Shown here piece after piece: positions 47,186-60,194 of a stretch of DNA of 64,000 nt. Source of the DNA: Octopus bimaculoides (Eukaryota); the NCBI RefSeq assembly GCF_001194135.2, contig NC_068995.1, positions 42,990,024 through 43,054,023 on the forward strand, written 5' to 3'. Position 1 is the stretch's first letter, and each line of letters starts with the position of its first letter. Below the pieces are notes generated by a model. The model was not told where the DNA came from, made no database searches, and saw only the letters and a program-made list of their open reading frames with translations. Both the position numbers and the translations under genes were made by a program.

Positions 47186-48240
47186 AATATATAATATACG
47201 CATTATTTGTGTGTGTATGTGTGCGTTCTTTTGTGTGTCGAATAGATTCAAATTAAACTATTATTTTGAAGATGAAATATATAAAAGATACTTTCTAGTA
47301 TGTGCATGTGTGTGCATATGTTTTTATGTGTGTGGAAGATTGTGCGTTTGTGTGTCTTCTGGTGTGTATGTTTGTGCTTGCATGCGCGTGAATGTATGTG
47401 TACGTGTGTTTGTGTATGTAAATGAGTAAAAATTCTCAAATTTCCTTTGTTATTTCGATCACTTCGTAAAACATAATCTGCAAACGTTTATTTAGAGATT
47501 TCGATAAAAGTGCAGACAGAAACTGCGTTTATATTTTCATTTAGGCTGTAGAACATAATTATGCAAATAGAGAAAAATAAATTTATTTGTGAAATTGTTA
47601 AATGATTAATAAATTGTCTTGAGTATTTCCTGACAATACAAAATGCGTAGAGACAGTTACAGCTTCATTTTCTGCTTTCAATACTTTTGTATAAAACAGA
47701 AAAAAGAAAGTTTGTGATTATAATATTTACTAAACATAAACCGTTGTATTCGCCTTTCTCTTTTCTGTGTACTATTGAGTTTTTTATATTGTTAATTGCT
47801 GTTATAATGATATTTCGACGTCAGGTGAGATTTGGACATGCACGCACAAACACATCTATCCGTGTATTTATGTTTATTGCATAGATGTGTGTGTGTGCGT
47901 ATGTGTGTATCTGTGTATATGTCTATATGTATGTATGTATATATATATATGTGTGTGTATATATATATATACATATATACGTATATATATATATATACGT
48001 ATATATATATATGTATGTATATATATATATGTGTGTGTATATATATATACATATATACGTATACATATATACGTATATATATATATATACGTGTATATAT
48101 ATATATGTATGTATATATATATGTGTGTGTATATATATATNNNNNNNNNNNNNNNNNNNNNNNNNNNNNNNNNNNNNNNNNNNNNNNNNNNNNNNNNNNN
48201 NNNNNNNNNNNNNNNNNNNNNNNNNNNNNNNNNNNNNNNN

Positions 48241-49153
48241 ATTCAAGGCAAGTAGTACGAAAGTTCAACTACCTCTCTCATGACACCAAATTTAGTAGGT
48301 AAAATTAAATTTCATAAACAGGAATACCGAAGCGCACGGGACAAGACAGCAACAGAACATCCAAAGTGTGGCAAAGTAAAATCCAAGTTTCACCATAATT
48401 TTCCTAGGGACCACAAATACTAAAGTATTTGTAACAGGTCTACAATTAAGTGTTCCTACTCTGGAATGCCAACTTTAGCATCCATTATTGCCTCTTTAAA
48501 TAGGAATAAAGTAAATAAGATATGCGAATGTACGCCACAGAGAAACCCTGTTTCAAATAAAACCAACTGTAAACCACACGACGATGGTGGAACGGGCTCT
48601 TCATTCCCTCGGATTATGCCTAAATCTGAGAATGAGATAAGTGGAATGGTTGATAAGAATAAATTTCTGAGGGCGGTTAATAATGTTGGAAATGACTTTA
48701 AGGGTGGCCGTAAAGAATTATGTAATTGTAGGTACCCTTCTTTATGTCCTCTTGGCGGACTTTGTTTGTCCACAAACGTAGTGTATAAATGTGTAGTAAG
48801 AGCCGAGGACAAACAGAATAAGTTTTATATTGGAAGTTCAGTGAATTTTAAAGCCAGGTATAGGGCGCACATGAGTTCCTTTTCTAATGAGAAATATTAT
48901 AATTCCACAACGCTCGCCTCTTACCTGCATGACCTCAAGAGGAGGAATAAGAAGTACTATCTTGAATGGTCAATCTTATCTAGAACCCCCCAATTTAAGG
49001 CTAATATTAGCAAGTGCTTATTATGCATTAGGGAATCCCTTTCCATTCTTAGGTCTTTTGGGCCGAAAACCTTGAATAAGTTTATCGAGGTAATTCCTTT
49101 TTGCAATCATAAATTTTCCTCCACCTTCCTAAAACTATATAAAAATAGGAATA
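48241..49153 (+). mobile_element. Penelope-like element 3' region: RT end, Cys-rich linker and GIY-YIG endonuclease
   Basis: HNFPRDHKY*SICNRSTIKCSYSGMPTLASII, CNCRYPSLCPLGGLCL, NVVYKC...FYIGSSVNFKARYRAHMSSF, WSIL, KCLLCIRESLSI. The frame is open from 48466 to the gap. Confidence 0.92.
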
Positions 49154-49987
49154 NNNNNNNNNNNNNNNNNNNNNNNNNNNNNNNNNNNNNNNNNNNNNNN
49201 NNNNNNNNNNNNNNNNNNNNNNNNNNNNNNNNNNNNNNNNNNNNNNNNNNNNNNNNNNNNNNNNNNNNNNNNNNNNNNNNNNNNNNNNNNNNNNNNNNNN
49301 NNNNNNNNNNNNNNNNNNNNNNNNNNNNNNNNNNNNNNNNNNNNNNNNNNNNNNNNNNNNNNNNNNNNNNNNNNNNNNNNNNNNNNNNNNNNNNNNNNNN
49401 NNNNNNNNNNNNNNNNNNNNNNNNNNNNNNNNNNNNNNNNNNNNNNNNNNNNNNNNNNNNNNNNNNNNNNNNNNNNNNNNNNNNNNNNNNNNNNNNNNNN
49501 NNNNNNNNNNNNNNNNNNNNNNNNNNNNNNNNNNNNNNNNNNNNNNNNNNNNNNNNNNNNNNNNNNNNNNNNNNNNNNNNNNNNNNNNNNNNNNNNNNNN
49601 NNNNNNNNNNNNNNNNNNNNNNNNNNNNNNNNNNNNNNNNNNNNNNNNNNNNNNNNNNNNNNNNNNNNNNNNNNNNNNNNNNNNNNNNNNNNNNNNNNNN
49701 NNNNNNNNNNNNNNNNNNNNNNNNNNNNNNNNNNNNNNNNNNNNNNNNNNNNNNNNNNNNNNNNNNNNNNNNNNNNNNNNNNNNNNNNNNNNNNNNNNNN
49801 NNNNNNNNNNNNNNNNNNNNNNNNNNNNNNNNNNNNNNNNNNNNNNNNNNNNNNNNNNNNNNNNNNNNNNNNNNNNNNNNNNNNNNNNNNNNNNNNNNNN
49901 NNNNNNNNNNNNTGAGCACTTCTTTTACAGCCTTGTATAAATTCCTGGTTTTCTAATACAAAACTGTTAATATTGAATAATATATAC

Positions 49988-50039
<52 letters not shown>

Positions 50040-50060
50040 GCAAAAATATATACATAGATA

Positions 50061-50271
50061 GGTAATCTTCAAGTAACTGAACGTCTTACCAGTATTCTCC
50101 GTACATCTATGTTTATAAATAAATCACACACGTGATTTGATTGACGTTAGGGTCAGGGTGTCATTTATATATAAACAGCTAGAAGAAAACAGATAATACT
50201 GGTAAGTCGTTCAGTTATTTCCCTTGAATATTTTTATTCATTTTTTTATCCCCCTAAACTTGAAGATTACC
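50061..50271. repeat. Bipartite inverted repeat (14-bp outer arms, 23-bp inner arms)
   Basis: ggtaatcttcaagt (50061-50074) / acttgaagattacc (50258-50271); taactgaacgtcttaccagtatt (50074-50096) / aatactggtaagtcgttcagtta (50195-50217, one mismatch). Confidence 0.9.
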
Positions 50272-50691
50272 CATAGATATATACACATATATACACACAC
50301 ATATATACACACACACATATATATATGTATATATATATAGAGAGAGAGAGAGAGGTTATGCTTAAAGTTTACATAGGAGACTTTCTTATATAGTATCCAA
50401 ACCTTGTTTTGGGTATGTCCGTAGTAGTGTGCCTTCCAGGCACGTTCACTACTTAACGTCTATCAGGCGTTAACTGCGTTGTTGCACTTTAGTCGCTGGA
50501 TCTTCGTGCGGAATTCCTTAGTGCATGTTTACCTAACTAAAGCAAACAGTACACTCTGTCTACCCTGCCAATTATTCAAAATATGTGCGTCTCTGTGTGT
50601 GCGTGTGTATCTTCCTCTCTATATATATACACATAGGCTTATATATAGCTATATATGCTTATAAATAACTATATATGAAATAAATATGACG

Positions 50692-50775
<84 letters not shown>

Positions 50776-51570
50776 CCAGAGAGATAGATGTTCTCTTGGG
50801 AACGGAAAAAATAGATTAGTTTGGTCTGATATTCTGTGGAAATACTCCAGATATAAACAAAAAAAAAACTTGCAATATCTTGTGGTAATAAGTCTCTGAA
50901 AACTCGGATAATGTAATCTAAACCTACTGTGATTCTATTAACACCTTCCAATGGAAGAACAGATGCAGAAATACATTTCAACTGATGGAAATTATGTCCA
51001 CCGTTTCCAATAAATGTAATTTGAGCGTCTGATTCAAAGTAAAAGCATTTCAGATTATCTTGTATCATTTATATATCTGGACCGATGATTTTATTAAATA
51101 TTGGTAATGCCGATATTCTATTGCCTACTTTTATCTCTTTGTTATCTCTTATTTTCTTTATTACATAATATTGATGTTTTTTTGCGATTTTTGTTTTTCG
51201 CTTTCTGTTCTGCCTCTCATGTGTTAATTTTCTTCCTTTCACATTGTTTTTCGATTTTCGTATATCAGGAAGAAAGCTTATGATACATTTCCTCTTTTCC
51301 CGTCTCTTTTCAATCTATAATTACATTTATTAGAGTTCTCAGCAACAAGATGATTTACAAAATGGTAAGGGCAACACACAAAAAGCCCCATTGGTAGTTC
51401 GCTCTTGTCTCTATAAATTTCGAATCCTACTAGCCTTTTCTTTTTTATTCTTTCTCTCGCTTTTTTTCTCTCTGTCCCTTTCTTTCTACCTCACTCTCTA
51501 GCTTTTATACCTCAATCGATGAAACGGATTTGGACATTATTGTTGTTATTATTATTATTTTATTATTATT

Positions 51571-51665
51571 AGAGTGATGAGCTGACAAAAATCGCTAACA
51601 CAACGGATGAAATGCTGAGCCGCATTTATTCTGCCTTTACGTCTTATGTTCAAATTCCGCCGAAG
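51571..51665 (+). mobile_element. Decayed SINE-A head truncated just after the B box
   Basis: gagctgacaaaaatcgctaacacaacggatgaaatgctgagc...tgttcaaattccgccga. Confidence 0.7.
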
Positions 51666-51899
51666 CTCTAATTTGTTTTACTAGTTTTGTCTATTTCTGA
51701 ATCGACAAAGATATCCGATATTTTTTCTTAACTTTAGCAGCCGTCATCAATGATTTCCTTTCTCTTTTTATTCGTTTCGTAGTTGCCTGAGGTAAAACAT
51801 GCTCGAATTTCAAATGTTATTATTGAAAAGAATCCGCTCGAAAGCGTCAGGTTATTTAGATACCTCGGAATTACACTAAAATTTAGGAGTACTCTTGAT

Positions 51900-52545
51900 G
51901 AAAAAAATCAATGTTAGAGTATCCAAGCGATAAATGCTTTGGAAACCATCCTGTTGTTAGTGGGAAGAACACGGTGTCAGTCTGAAAACTAAAATAAAGG
52001 TATAAAAGTCTTGTATTTTGATAACACTTTCCACGAGTCACAATTATGGTGTCCCTGCAAAAGACATATAACGAAACATCTTCAACAGAAGACAGCAAGA
52101 TATCAAATGTCAACATTTTAGAAAAATGAGACAAGTCCAGTACCAAAACATAGCTGCTGAGAATTCAATGCAGATGGGTAGGACATGTTGTTCGAGTGAA
52201 AGATGACCGCATTTCGAAACTCCTTTAGTCTGGCCAACAAATAGAAGTATATCACCGAAAAAGACCCCTCCTAAGGTAGAAGTATGAGTTGAAGCAATCA
52301 CCAAAGTCTCTATAGTTTAATTTGACATTTTGTGAAAGTCATTGCCTGTCTCGTTCTCCATGGTATAAAATGTTATGATGCATCAAAACAATTTGAATTG
52401 AAGAAGCAGAAGACTAAAGGAGTTGTAACCAGGTACATTTTCCCAAATCCTAGGCATACTGAGTATCACCAGTGTCCCAAATGTGACTTCATAGCAAAAT
52501 CCATACTTGGACTCAAATTGCACTCACACATCCATCACAAATAAA
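51900..52545 (+). pseudogene. RTE-clade LINE 3' relic with terminal C2H2-like motif
   Basis: WEEHGVSLKTKIKV, RWVGHVVRVKDDRISKLL, CPKCDFIAKSILGLKLHSHIH*. Confidence 0.75.
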
Positions 52546-53924
52546 CATAGCTACTTTTATTTTTAAAGTTGTTTTCTTTCTATCGATTTTTTATTTAAAT
52601 CTACTCCTTCAAACTCATAAGTCGAAGTTGATGCGAGTGGCCATCACATACGTTCGACATTGAACACATCTCTTAAGAGTTCATAAAGCAAATTCCTGCA
52701 AAAAATGTTAATTCTAGAAGCTTGTAACGAGGCTGTATTGTATGAGAGACACAGGCTATAGTTTCTCGCCGCTTGTGATTTTAGTTTTAACGCATGCGCG
52801 CGCGCACGCACACACACACACACACACATATTTTAATGCGTTTCCCTCACAATTTTGGCAGTCCACTCCAAGACTGTTTTAGTCTTTTCTCTAACATTCA
52901 CCCCGGTTTTGTTATTGAAACATCGAGTAATATCTCCATTTTCCTCACAAACCGTCGTCTTTATTACCATCACATCTGCTTTTTGTTTTTATTAACTCTT
53001 GTTTGGTCAAGAGAAAAATAAATCCCCAAAGACTCGTGCGAGAATCACTTTCATGACAAAATCTAAAAGAAAAGAGACGCTATATAATCGGTATACAGGG
53101 TAGAACGAGTAACTTCAAAACCCATTAATCGCACCCTACTTTTCATTAATCGCACTGGCAAATGAAAAGTACTTGGGTTAATGTTGGTCTTGATCTAATG
53201 TTTACAAATATATGTTGTAAATAATCCATGACATGATCCCTTTTGATCATTGCTTTACGCATTCTGATTCTTTTGGTGATGTTTCCTATTGTAAATCCAT
53301 ATTCGCTATTAACCAGACTATAAAATTTACCCTTTCGCAATAATATCACTTCATACTACTACAGTGTTTCAACTTATATGATCGTCATCATTCTTTGAAC
53401 ATTACCATAAATCCAGCTCTAACTTATTTTACTAGTTTTGTCGATTTCTGCATCGACAAAGATTTCCGATTTTTTTTTAACTTTGGCAGCCGTCATCAAT
53501 GATTGCCTTTCTCTTTTTACTCGTTCATCTTTCAACAACGTCAATTGATATTTTTCTGCTATGCTTTTTGTTCGCCCGATTAAGTAGCTCTGTTGCAGGT
53601 TTCCATTATTGTCTTCCATTTGTTATTCTTCTCCGTACTTGCACATTTGAACCTCCCAACGATGTTGCAAATATATTTTTCTTTCCTATAATAATAGTGT
53701 GTTTTGTCATACATGGGTAGTGTTAATACGAATTCCCCTTTTATTTGATGCGTAAAACATACATAGGTACACGCACACATACACGCATGCACGCACGCAC
53801 CTATACAGTCACATATATACATATGTACGGACGTACAAACATACTATTTACATACATATGTGTGTGTGTCCGTCCGCGCGCGTTTCTGTGTATGTAATAC
53901 CGTAACTGATTTATTGGTATTAAC

Positions 53925-54122
53925 TTTTCTACTCCCCGACATTTTGGGGGAGGGGGCAATCGATTAGATCGATCCCCGGTACGCAACTCGTACTTAATTT
54001 ATCGACCCCGGATGGATTAAAGGCAAGGTCAGCCTGGGCGGAATTTGAACTCAGAACGTAAAGACAAGCGAAATACCGCCAAGCATATCGCCCGGCGTTT
54101 TAACGTATCTTCCTGCCGCCTT
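53925..54122 (-). mobile_element. SINE-A full-length copy (A1 tail)
   Basis: Uninterrupted head-ggtatttcgcttgtctttacgttctgagttcaaattcc-core-ccccaaaatgtcgggg. Serves as the empty-site reference for 41832-45125. Confidence 0.9.
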
Positions 54123-54909
54123 GATTTATTGATATAATGAATTGTGCGTCACGAACTGCTGGTAAATTAAGCCATTTCATTCAGTATAATTGAAAAGCTA
54201 TTAACTGTATCCTTGAACTATCATTTAAAAGCTGATCTATATGTTGGAGTAGACTCAGCACCATACACTAATGATTGGATTCTATCGAAATAGAGAGGAA
54301 TTACACAGAAAGTTCTAGTTGTGAGAGTATTGAATTGCTTGGACGGAAATAGAATTCAATTCTTGTAATCAGTAAACGTCAGTGGAAGAGCTTTGAAAGA
54401 ACACCTAGGTAAATTGTAAAGTCGTTTCAAACCTGCAAAACCAAAAATGATATAGAGAATATATAGCTATTACAGACGCGCATACACACACGAGAAATAC
54501 CACTACGAGTGAACAACAGTAGGGCTAAGGAAATATGTAGAATAATAAATGAGTAACTTATGCGTGTGAGGAGGCACCTAAAATAACTTAATAAATATTT
54601 CTTTACATACAAAATAAAAAATAAAACGAAAACTAGAAACTAATTGCAACAAAGAAAACTACATCAATGAAAAAAGAAAAAAAATCTGAAAATTTGAACA
54701 AAAGCAAAATCAAAATAGATTTTGAAAATATACGAATAGGGAAATAGAGAGGAAAAAATGACCAGTTGTCTAGACAGTGAGGAAGTCAGGCACATGAAAA
54801 GCCGACTATGTGCCAAAGGTTCTAGAATATAGGAAAAATAGGTTTTACTTCGGAAACAACAGATCAATGTCATAGACACACATAGCATATATAAAAACGA
54901 ACAGATGAA

Positions 54910-55560
54910 ACATGCGCAGGAGTGGGTGTGTGGTAAGACGTTTGCTTTCCAACCACATGGTTCCAGTTTCAGTCCCACTATGTGGAATCATGTGCAAATG
55001 TCTTCTACTATATCCTCGGGCTGACTAAAGCCTTGTGAATGACTTTGTTAGAAACTGAAAGAGGCCCGTCATATATATATATATATATACATACATATAT
55101 ATATATATATACATACATACATACAGGGTGTCCCAAAAAGATGTACTGACTCGTTGATTTCCCAGTACTCATGCATTTTGTGTTCAAGTCGATGTTTATT
55201 GAAATACATACAATCCGAAAAAGTTAAATTAGATTCAGGAAAATAGATTGTTGTAGAAACGATTATTTATTGTCATTTAGAATTATTTTATGTTCTCTCT
55301 CATTCCTGCGTGTTCGCAAATGTTCAAACTGCTTTCCTTCATATTCCAAACGAAGCTGATAACGTCCAACAATGGATTCGAGAACTTTGCCAAACATTTC
55401 ATTTGGCCTGATAGCTGGGGAACGTGCAGGAAATTCAACGCTACCTATCCTCCCAATCCATTTGTTTGGATTTGTTGCATCGAGGTAAGCTCGTACATCA
55501 CGATGGTAGTGAGGAGGAGTAATCGTCTGTCAAAGAGTGAGTACATCTTTTTGGGATACC

Positions 55561-55597
<37 letters not shown>

Positions 55598-55830
55598 TGT
55601 GTGTATGTATGTGTGTGTGTGTGTGTGTGTTTTTGTATTTGTCCCCCACATCATCGCTTGACAACTGATGTTGGTGAGTTTACGTACCCGTAACTAGCGG
55701 TTCGGCAAAAGACGCCGACAGAATAAGTAATAGACTGTCAAAGAATAGGTCCTGGGGACCATTTGCTCGACTAAATGCGGTGTTCCAGCTTGGCCACAGT
55801 AAAATGACTTAAACAAGTAAAAGAATAAAC
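54910..55830 (+). mobile_element. SINE family C, full length, with a MITE inserted in its internal (TA)n
   Basis: Head and CORE-like part 54910-55070; tail 55640-55830 ending gaaacaagtaaaagaataaa-like. Confidence 0.85.
55124..55563 (-). mobile_element. 440-bp Tc1/mariner deletion derivative (MITE) with TA TSD
   Basis: TIRs cagggtgtcccaaaaagatgtactgactc / gagtgagtacatctttttgggataccctg (2 mismatches), TA on both sides. Internal remnants VRAYLDATNPNKWIGRIGSVEFPARSP and EMFGKVLESIVGRYQL..EGKQFEHL. Confidence 0.93.
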
Positions 55831-56159
55831 AATTCGCTATCATCGACTACAAATTGCGCAATTATTATACCAGAATGATTAACTTTATTTCTGGTTGCAC
55901 TATATTTGTAAACCCATAATATATCCAAAGAATTGATTATGTTTGCAGTTACGTCCACTGGGCAATATGCCGATGGTTGGAAGTAGTAAGAAGTGATAAA
56001 ATAATAAATCTTTCAGTGTATTTTGAGTATATGACAACTATCTTGTTGCGGTAATTTTTAGACATACCTGTTCAAAGTGAGGATTAGATCGAGCCAAATC
56101 TAGACGTGTTTGAAAATATATGGACGTAAGTATATGCACTTAGAGTGATATCTTGATCT

Positions 56160-56410
56160 GTCCTACTACAAAACATCGATCGAAAAGAAGTGGACAGTAA
56201 ATGTAATATCAATAACAGTTGGACGACTGTATATAATAATCAAGAACCTGAACAAACTCATAAAACCATACAAAGACATACAATACCATGAATTGCAATT
56301 CAAAACAGACCAAACCATACCGATGGTGTCAATTGAAAAGCAAATATCACTCACTAAATTTCAGAACAAAGCGCAGAATATACACAAAAGATTTATCACC
56401 GAATAGTTAA
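56160..56410 (+). pseudogene. Possible decayed RLE-LINE C-terminal fragment
   Basis: KWTVNVISITVGRLYIIIKNLNKLIK resembles WxVxxIPIVxGxLGxIxKxL. Similarity is weak. Confidence 0.35.
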
Positions 56411-56496
56411 AATATTTGTTTCAAAATTCTCTTCTCTTAGACAAGGGAATTATCCTATTTTAACTGACAGCTAGAAACTAAATTCATATATATATA

Positions 56497-56527
<31 letters not shown>

Positions 56528-57094
56528 ATAGATAGATAGATTTTACGTGGCCGATTCTTTCTTGTCTTGACATTCACGTTCAAACGGCTGGGTGGAACTG
56601 CAGGAAAAACTATACAGTTATGTAGACTGATCCGGTGGTGATACTGGGCTTTCTATTTTTTTCATAGCTCCTATGGTTACCGAGATAATCTATTACAATA
56701 ATACTCTTGTGTTTTTGAATGTGAAAGGAAGGGATGATAGATGAATAAGGAAAGAAGAGGTGATGTCATACTTGGTAGTGGGATGATGAAAATTGTACGC
56801 TGAAAAGATAAATCAACCAGCGTTTCAACTTTGTGTGAATATATGAGTGAGTATGTAAAAGGGGGTTTGTGAATGTGCGTGTGTGCGCAATGGAAGTGGG
56901 ATGGTTCATCTTTGTTCGCTTAGTATTTGGGTTTATTTTTTGATTCGGTTGAATCTTGGTTTTGACAGAAAAAAAGTCATTCTAAAATTGTTTTTTAACG
57001 TAAGCGTGCCCAAACAAATCCAATGCTTACACAGACGAGGTTTTACAGCTACCTCATCCAAACCAACCGGGTGAAACAGAGATTAGCTGCTAGA

Positions 57095-57180
<86 letters not shown>

Positions 57181-58429
57181 CCACACAATAAGTATAAAGA
57201 CTATTACCGTAGTAACGAAGTTAAAGCACACAGCGTAAAGCCTCTTGGCATAGATTGAACTTGATTGCCGTTGTACATGCACACTAAGTCTTAACATTCT
57301 GGCTCAATTTCGCTCTTTACAAAGAGGTTATGGGATGTATTTGTTTTTGTTTTATCTACAGATCACATTACACCGCTTATATAACACAAATAACATCGGC
57401 GGAAAAGTTTCAATGCCGCTTCTGCAGATGAAATTGTAAAACAAATTACCAATACGGAACAGACAATTGTCATCAAGTCTTATGATATTAAAATTTTGCC
57501 ATATTTTACTAATCCTTAAACAATGTTTATGTAAATAGTTTTCCCGTAGAATTGAAACTAGCTCTAGGAGAATTCTACAACAGAATAAATTAATTCGAGA
57601 TAATATATTGGGCCCAAATGTTTGTTTATTCAAATTTCTCATGTAATCTTTCATCAAATTCTCACTCAGATTTATGTACAATTCCCAAAAGCGTTTATTT
57701 CTACTAGGAACTGACATCTTCTCTAACACCATCTGAGTCTCACACTATTCACATCACCTAACTATAATCGTACATCCCACATTGATTTTCGTCTCCCATT
57801 TTCTCCATGTTTGTCTTTTCCCAGAGCATTAGTTCTCTACCTATTTCTTCTTTTCCTACGCCGTCTTGCGGCGCACGTACACTACCTCCATTTTTTTCCA
57901 ATAGTTTGAAGAATTATTAACTTTCGAAACATTAGAATTTTTGTTCAAATTATCAATTTTATTCTTCTGTTATGTTTTTGATTTAGTCCCGGCAGACTAT
58001 ATACCACGCGAGCAATTATCGATGCCAGAAAACAACTCAATTTATACGAAATATAATCAAAAAGCAACACTCCATCACCTGAAGCAGCTCAGGCAGTCAC
58101 AAAACAAGGTGCCTTATCATATGACCCACAAATTAACATGATTCAAATAACAGATATTCAACATAATAAATACTCACTTAACGTGACACAAACCACAAAC
58201 GAATCCTTACAACAGAGTGAAACACATGCATGTTGCATATAACGACGCTTCTACATTTCATGCAAATCAGTGGATACGCAATACAATAACATAGATATCC
58301 TCCCGGAAAGGTAGACATTTTCATATATTTTTGTTAAATCACATTTAAAGAATATATTCTAATATGAAATATTAAGTTCCAACAGCCAATATTTTACAAG
58401 GTTACAACGACAACCACCTCCACTGCGTG

Positions 58430-58845
58430 AGGAGGATTTTAATCGATTTCATCGACCACAGTATTCGACTAGTACTTATCTTATTGACTTCGACAGGATG
58501 AAAGGCAAAATTGACCTTCGCAGAATTTGAACTCAATGTACCGACGGGCGAAGTACCGCTTACCATTTCGCCCAGCGTGCTAACGATTCCTTCAGCTTAC
58601 TGCCTTATAAAATAGTAATAATAATGATAACAATAATAGTCATAATAATCTTTTCTAATGTAGACACAAGGTCTGAAATTTTTCTAGATTACATCGACCC
58701 CATTTCTTGACTGGTACTTAATTTATCGACCCCGAAAGAATGTAAAGCAAAATGCACCTCGGAGGAATTTGAACTCAAAACGTATCCCCAAACGAAATGC
58801 CGCTCAGCATTTCACTCGGCGTGCTAACGATTCTGTCAGTTCGCA
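58430..58845 (-). mobile_element. Two head-to-tail SINE-A copies (58430-58608, 58648-58845)
   Basis: Both contain gaatttgaactc and gcgtgctaacgattc plus the core. Confidence 0.85.
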
Positions 58846-58877
58846 GGAATTTGAGTGTAATAAGGAAGACTGAGAGA

Positions 58878-59840
58878 GAAATCAAACCCAAAAGCAGATG
58901 CCGATCGTTTTTATCTTCCCAGAGCTCAAGGAAGTGGATGTTTATTCCAATTTGAAATCTCTTGCAAAACCATCACGAGTGGGCTGGCAAAATATCTTGA
59001 AAATTCTAACGACTGCATGCTAAAACTCCTTGAAAACCACGAGAGACACAAGAAGATTCATTCTATTATGAAGGGAAGTAAAAGATTTACTAGTGAGTTC
59101 ATGCATAATATCCATGCCAATAGTGTAAATAACGACATGACAGAGTTGGCCAATATTTACATTGGATAATATGTCGGCATTATAAAATCAAAACTACTGA
59201 CAAATGGTACACGCACCAACCTGAAACCGTAACTGAGGGAGAAAATGCAAGTAGGACTTTCTAATATGTACAGACCAGCCTCTCAAAACTCATAAAACAG
59301 ATATTGTTATGAAAGACCAAAACAATAAAGGTTGCTTATTGATTGACATTTTCATACCCTATGATCATGATATCTCGGCAAAAAAATTTGATAAGCTCAG
59401 AGAATATAAAGATTTGCTAATTGAAATCTAAAAGATGTAGCATCTCAAGACGGTTAATATATCCGTGATTGTAGGAACACTTGGAATGATTAAAACATGA
59501 ACTGAAAATTATTTGAGAATGGTCCGTGGGTTATCATCCGCGCAGGAAGTGCAAAAGGTTATCTTAACTTGTACGTAACACGTACTGAGAAGAGTATTAT
59601 TGCTGTAAATTATTTTTCATTTTTACCCCTTTATTTTCTTTGTTTCCATGTTTTCATTTTTCCTTTTCCTCTTTGTCTTTCTTTCACCTTTTCTCTATCA
59701 AATGATAGAAATGAACGATCTAGTGTATTAATTTTAATGACCTACCAATGATATAGTAAGTTTCTCTGCCCTAGGTATCAGGAAGACATTTGACAAGAAA
59801 TGGATACAGAATTGAAAGATGATAATAACATCAACAATAA
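58878..59840 (+). pseudogene. R4/Dong-like LINE 3' relic with internal deletion
   Basis: PKADADRFYLPRAQG..LAKYLENSND, RHDRVGQYLHWIICRHY, KTDIVMKDQNNKGCLLIDI, VIVGTLGMIK, HVLRRVL*; UTR homologous to 19310-19600. Confidence 0.85.
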
Positions 59841-60194
59841 AAACAGTAATACAACTGACGCACGATCCTTTACGACTACAGTGATAATTGTTTAGATATT
59901 CAGAGATCTTTGATCTTCTATGCCTTTGTCTTATCTTTTGTGTAAAACCACTTCTAAATTTCAGTAACTGTTCGAGATCAGGAATAATAAAACGCTAAAA
60001 CAAGAGCATACACTTGGATCAAACAAAATTACGAATATTAAATAATTAAAGACTGCAGAAGTAGAATGCGTTACAAACAAAGCACGTTGTATATTAGGGA
60101 ATTATGAACGTATATTATTTATAACCAAGGAGAAGCTAAATACGAAAATGAATTTGCTCACAACATTTTCTTGCAGTTCCAGCAATAATTTATA

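Noticed and set aside
50770-51100. Possible RTE fragment (SLKTRIM..VILL)
   Set aside because: One short weak motif without supporting neighbours.
56069-56130. Mini-exon candidates (plus-strand GTAAGT donor; minus-strand CAG/GTATGT donor)
   Set aside because: The plus-strand version has stops in all three frames. The minus-strand 32-nt version has a weak acceptor and no recognisable peptide.
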